Source: Paraspadella gotoi
Taxonomy: Eukaryota; Animalia; Chaetognatha
Assembly: GCA_051294375.1 (NCBI GenBank)
Contig: CM119268.1
Span: 18,866,615-18,930,614, forward strand
Direction of reading: 5' to 3'
DNA: 64,000 bases
Shown one piece after another: positions 61,101 through 64,000 of the stretch (positions within the stretch are counted from its first letter, which is position 1; each line of letters starts with the position of its first letter). The notes under the pieces are model-generated. The model was given only the letters and a program-made list of their open reading frames with translations, had not been told where the DNA came from and ran no database searches. A program made the position numbers and the translations under genes.

Positions 61101-62830
61101 GCCCTTCCTTCCCCCTCCGCCGACTTCACTGGCGCACTCTAGCGCGGCCTGCCAGGCGCCGTGAATAGAATGATCGTCCGTCAGTGAGGATACGGTACTC
61201 GTTTCCGGTTTTCGGTCATTTTGACACATAAAAGAGCATTCACATCAATAAATCTATAAATATTTAGATAAACTAGTGCTACCCAGACGCCGAAAGCTAG
61301 AACAACAATTTCATGGAAGAACAGCACCACCCCTCAGTGGCACGCAAGAAGTTGTGGTGTAAATCTATATCGGGACGTACTGGAGAAGTTCTTCCAAAGG
61401 CTTTAGTCGATGCCAGCCGGAACGTGACGCGTTTCATTGTCCACGATGTTACGCACAGTGCGCGTCACGAGGGCCTGACGTCTTCGGGCCGACGATTCAC
61501 CGCTGCCGTCACCGTATCCGCCGCCGCCGGAGCCGACAGCGGCAGCGTAAACCCGCGCTCCGTCGTCACAAGCAACCACGCCCGCGTTGTATATGGGCGT
61601 ACGTAAGCACGTAGGATGAAAGGGGCCTAGCAAGAGCAGAGGCGAAGAGGGCCGGCGCGAGGGTTCATTGACGTCACCGCGCCTCGCGGTGATCCGAGAA
61701 GACGCCAGAGCCACTCCGATGGCAGCGTGCAAACAACGGCAACAGAGTCTCGAGGCGATCGCATCTTCCTGAGAGAAGAATTAAAAGGTCAAGATGGAGA
61801 AGAGCGAGCGGAAAGCAGGTCGCAGTGATGAAGTGGCGGGTCAGTCGCATAGAAGAGTGCCAAAAACGTAGGAGAAAAATGATCGTGAAACAACGAAAAA
61901 AAAGGAGAAGAAACAAGGGACTGGAAGACAAATGGAGAGATGGCGTTGACTAGTAAGGGAGAAATAAGAAACGACCAAAGACAAGATGAACTAATGAGTA
62001 GGAAGAAGAACAAAATTTTAAAAAAGAATTGGTGTATATGAAACAGGAAGAAAGGAGGCAGTAGGTCGAGCGAGCGCGAAGGGGCGGGCGGTGGAAGGGT
62101 CGGGCGGAGTGGAAAGCAGTGTTTCGGGCAGATGTGGGCTTACAGACAACAAAAACGGTGATGATGGAAAGTGACACTGAGAGAGGAGAGGCAAGAGAGA
62201 GAGAGGAGGAGAGTAGATTAGAGAGAGAGGATGACCGGAGAATGAGGAGAGAGAGAGAGAGAGAGAGAGAGATGAGTTGAACAGGAGAAAGGAGAGAGAG
62301 AGAGAAGAGAGTCGGTCGTTTGAGAGGGCGAATTTCGTTATTGGCGCGGTCAGTGGGCGGGCCAGAGGAGTTGGGCGAAGCGGGCGGCGAGTGGGCGGCG
62401 AGCAGGGGGAGGCGGAACAACAAAAAGGAACGGCGGGAAATTCGGAGATGAGGTATAAAGGTAGTGAAAGAGAAACGAATCTGTAAAAATATATACTATT
62501 GAGGCAAGTTTTCGTGGAGTCTAACGGTGCCTCTAAACTCGGCGGCACGGGAACGTGAAGAAAGGGAAAAGGAAAGAGGATCAAACAGAGCATCACCTTT
62601 GGCAGATGACGAGAAAGGCGCGACAATAACGACGATGAACTCCGTAGACGACGACTCGGGCGTGGCCGCACCAACGTCGCCGCCAGTCGTCGCTTCTTGC
62701 GACACGAACGAAGGCGTGGCGCCCACCAGCAGCCACAAACAGCCAAGCGGTCAAGTCTGAACGAAATCGCGGCACAAGGGAAGTTTCCATGGAGGAATTG
62801 AAACGTCAAATCGCGGCGAAAGGAAGTGAG
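57360..62830 (+). CDS. Probable coiled-coil rod exons continuing the myosin gene (e.g. 57871-58042, ~61600-61787, ~62500-62830)
   Basis: Purine-rich GC islands with E/K/R-rich fragments (SERNRAQREVSMEELKRQIAAK) and GTGAGT donors downstream of the IQ region. Too noisy to translate continuously. Confidence 0.35.
58068..58155. repeat. (AAT)n microsatellite in a myosin intron
   Basis: Directly visible. Confidence 0.95.
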
Positions 62831-64000
62831 AGGGTCTAAGAACGTAACCGTCAGGTAAGATGAGGAGTAAAGTAATTGCCTGTGGGTGAGGAGTTGGGAG
62901 AACAGGAGGAAGAAGAAAGGTAGAGTTTAAGGTAGGTGCGGGAAAGTAATTTATGCAACTGATCAGATAATGAGGCCATTACAACACCAAAGAGACAGGT
63001 AACCAGTCAAAAAAAGAAAGAAAAAGAAGTAGGAGCAAGATAAGAGGAACATAAAAAAAATTAATTAAATATAAATGAAATATATATATAAAATAAATAA
63101 TTAGTAAAAAATATAACAAAAAAAAAATTAAACGAAAAAGTATCTAACACACAAGGAAAGTACAAAAATAATCAAGAAATTTAAGATCGAATTTAATTAA
63201 TCACTAATAATTATCATACAATGAAGACATCTGAGTTAAATAAACAATGGTAAAAGGAAGAAGAAAAAAGACAAATGAAAAAGAGGAAAGAGAAAGGAAC
63301 AGAGAAAGAAGAAAGAGAGTGAAAAGAAGGAATAAAGCTAAAAAACGTAATCATTGAAAATTCGAATTAAAAACAAAACGAGAAACGATTTAAAATGGAA
63401 TCAATTGAAATAAAAAGATAGAAAGTAAAGAGAACATAGAGAATAGAAATGACATAAGAAACAATAGGAAACAGCGAAGAAAGAAAGATTCCATGAATTT
63501 TTTCTAAAACAGAGGGTAAATAAAAAAATAAAAGAAATTTGAAAGAGTATAAAAGGGGAAAAAATATATGACAACGATACGGATAGGATCAAATCTAGAA
63601 TCCCGTAGTACGTTGAGATTCTTAGGTCTACCGGGATAAAATGGTCCCCTAAGAATAAGAGAAAATATGGATTCTCTGGTAGAAAAAACAAGGAAGAGGT
63701 AAATTGGTAGCTTCGAAAAAAAGTAGTTAAATCACTCGCGGACGCAGAAAAGATGGATAGAGTATTATATATAACATTGTATTGTGATAATGATGTATTT
63801 GCGAAATAAAGATATATGTTAGTGCGGTGTAGCAGGAGAGACTCAAAAACCAAGCTTAGACAGAGGTCGAATAGGAACGAAAATTATCAGCTTTAAATGG
63901 CTAAACACACAAGCAATAGTGCAGATGCAGCACACGAGAGAGAGTAGAATAGAAGAGAGACTACGGAGAAGAGGTCGACGAAGTATGATTGAGAGAGAAG

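Noticed and set aside
58700-61300. Short ORFs in the noisy tail as separate genes
   Set aside because: Error density is too high and no coherent protein motif could be read.

Overview
This is eukaryotic, most likely animal, genomic sequence: GT-AG introns, GC-rich exons and AT-rich introns full of (GA)n/(CT)n, (CGAA)n and (GGAA)n microsatellites. I found no prokaryotic features, rRNA, tRNA or CRISPR array. The first ~48.5 kb is one locus present as several inverted and direct copies, with fold-backs near 1.5 kb, 11.1 kb and 33.8 kb. The copies differ almost only by 1-nt indels and are separated by 25-N gaps, which points to amplification chimeras and noisy long-read gap filling rather than real duplication. 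Collapsed, the locus holds (i) a 9-exon cathepsin D-like aspartic protease that lacks the polyproline loop and has CLEAR/E-box motifs upstream and in intron 4, and (ii) on the opposite strand, a ~5.8-kb giant, probably internal exon encoding a disordered protein with a long AAEK pentapeptide repeat. After 49 kb come a tetraspanin-like fragment and a class II myosin heavy chain gene (striated-type signatures) at raw-read quality. No wholly new system can be proven from sequence alone. The best real leads are the giant AAEK exon, the loop-less cathepsin D with its E-box array, and the atypical myosin.
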